Assembly: GCA_001179505.1 (NCBI GenBank)
Contig: CDMY01000781.1
Location: 62,001-126,000 of the forward strand
Reading direction: 5' to 3'
Source: Vitrella brassicaformis CCMP3155
Lineage: Eukaryota > Protista > Chromerida
DNA: 64,000 nucleotides
Under the pieces are notes generated by a model. That model had not been told where the DNA came from. It did no database searches and saw nothing but the letters and a program-made list of their open reading frames with translations. The first letter of the stretch is position 1, and each line of letters begins with the position of its first letter. Positions 62,303 through 64,000 of the stretch are shown here, in pieces. A program made the position numbers and the translations under genes.

Positions 62303-63755
62303 TCACCGTGCGCTCCTGCGAGCACTGACAGGAGGGCTCCTTCGGCCCGTGAAGGCCCCATTCTTCTTGGCCCACGCCTGTGTGGGAATGGGGTTTGGGT
62401 AGAGGGGTTGGGTCATGCGGTCGGGGCAGGGTGCGTAAGGCTGCGGCATTTTGAAGGAGATGTCCAGGTGGTCGGCACCGCTCGCACCCGCACAGCACTG
62501 AAAAGGCACCGACCTCGCGCCACCGTTCCTGCGAACGGTGGTTGCATATATCGAGAGGAGGGAGAGTGAGACACGGCGCATACAAGGAGGGTGAATGTGT
62601 GTGTCTCGTTGCACCTAACTTCACCCATATCACACCTCACCGTTTTGGCGGGGGTATGGGCATCATGGAAGTGAGATGGGCCGACCGAGGGGACGGGCAG
62701 TACTGGTAGGGCTCATCCGGGCTGCAGCCAGGCAGGCAGGGAGAATCACGGGTGAGAGCGAGAGCACTCTCCATGCGCCCGCCCATTCGCCCACTGACCC
62801 ACCTGTGTTCAGAGGAGGGGAAGTGTGGCGATTGCGGCGGGCTGCTGCGCTCGGGCGAGTCCTTGAGCGCCGCAGCAGCTCTGTTTGACCCGTACGAGAA
62901 GCCGGAGGACGACAGATTGTTGCCCAGCAGCTGCAGATCCTGTGTGGGGGTCGATACAGACAGACAGAGGGGAAACGTCATACGGTAGGCATGGCGTCTG
63001 CCTGCTGTGTGTGTGTGTGTGCGGGGGGATCGGCCGACCGGTGACATTTCGAGAAGTTTGGTTTTGAAGTGCCTCAGGATCTGCAGCAGCAGCTGCACGC
63101 GCAGACGCTCCTGCACACCGAGACACACAGGGGCACACCACACCACATCACATTAGCGGATGTGTTTTGTGTCAAGTCCCCAGCTCAGCCGCCTACTACC
63201 TGGTCGAGCTCGCGTCGCATCTGTCGGTTATCCTCGCGCTCCTTCTCCTGCAGCACACACACACGAAGGCATGGTTGATGCGTTCATTCCAAGGTTCCGC
63301 TGACCAGTTCCCCCTGCAGGTGTGTCGAGGACTGCACAAAGGTGTTGAGCAAAGAGTGGGACTCGCCCACCTGCACACGCACACACACAAGGACAAGGAT
63401 GTCATGTTCCCGCGCGCCCCCGGTGAAGAACGTGTGTAGTGAGTGACCATGTTTTGCAGCTGGTGCAGGATGGTCAGCCGCGTCTCGTAGAACTTGATGT
63501 GGGATTGGAGGCCCTCATTGCGGGTCCGCTCCTGCATGAGCTCCCCCTGTGCGTGGGCGTGCTGCTCCATCAGCTCCTCGAGACGCTGTGTGTGTACAAG
63601 AAAAAAGGAACCACAAGTGCATGACGTGGCTTGGCTGGTGCTGTCTCCAGCTGGCTGCCCCCACACTCTGACCTTCTCGAGCCCCCCGAACTCCTCCTCC
63701 CTCTCTCGCAGCCTCTCACGCATACCCAACACCTGCAGACACACAGACACACAGG

Positions 63756-63788
<33 letters not shown>

Positions 63789-64000
63789 GGAGAGAGAGAG
63801 AAATAGAGAGAGAGATGAATGCATACGTACCGGGTCGACAGCCACCCACCCCGCCACCGTCTGACATACCTCTTGCCTCAGCTGCGGCTCCGGCATGGTG
63901 AAGTAGGCCTCCTCCTCGGGCAGGTGCTCCTCAGCACCACCACCGTCGTAGCCAACACGGACATCGCCCCCACCGCCCCCACCAACACCAGCAGGACTGC
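62303..64000 (-). CDS. Coiled-coil hypothetical protein, 5' end beyond the window
   Basis: Exons MPEPQLRQE, VLGMRERLREREEE, RLEELMEQH...LHQLQNM, ERLRVQLLLQILRHFK, and terminal ...SARRSAR* at 62303. Confidence 0.6.

Noticed and set aside
1-64000. CRISPR arrays, tRNA/rRNA/snRNA genes, transposons, prophage or a bacterial-style defence operon
   Set aside because: No regularly spaced repeats with spacers, no tRNA T-loop with cloverleaf, no integrase/RT/transposase motifs. The many short repeats are eukaryotic microsatellites. A tRNAscan-SE/Infernal run would be needed to exclude RNA genes formally.

Overview
Intron-dense eukaryotic nuclear DNA, GC-rich, with introns and intergenic gaps filled by microsatellites. 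The style and a bipartite plastid-targeting leader suggest a chromerid alveolate such as Vitrella brassicaformis (inference, not tested). About 25 spliced genes were assembled by eye. Recognisable ones: a plastid M41/VIR3-like metalloprotease, PP1 inhibitor-3 (YPI1), HAT1, an SLC35B/UAA nucleotide-sugar transporter, an IQ-motif protein, a triple-SPRY protein, the PKA catalytic subunit, adenylate kinase 7, MTAP, a RAB3GAP2 N-domain protein, a PHD-finger protein, an MLE-subgroup enolase-superfamily enzyme and an eIF4E; the rest are orphans. Main observations: (1) the motif TGCGAGCT(T)/(A)AGCTCGCA recurs in the 5' flank of most genes, including a perfect 18-bp palindrome; (2) a protein with an OAS/CD-NTase-like nucleotidyltransferase fold whose first two catalytic Asp appear replaced; (3) an inverted, truncated copy of the enolase-family gene 35 kb away, with a micro-inversion and tandem duplication at its breakpoint, read in antisense as the tail of another gene; (4) a secreted precursor with RxL(xE) motifs, a Tyr-rich segment and a 6-Cys tail; (5) at least six GC-AG introns; (6) an orphan protein with nine copies of an 11-residue motif. 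I found no tRNA, rRNA, CRISPR array or transposon. Exon boundaries are manual and unverified.
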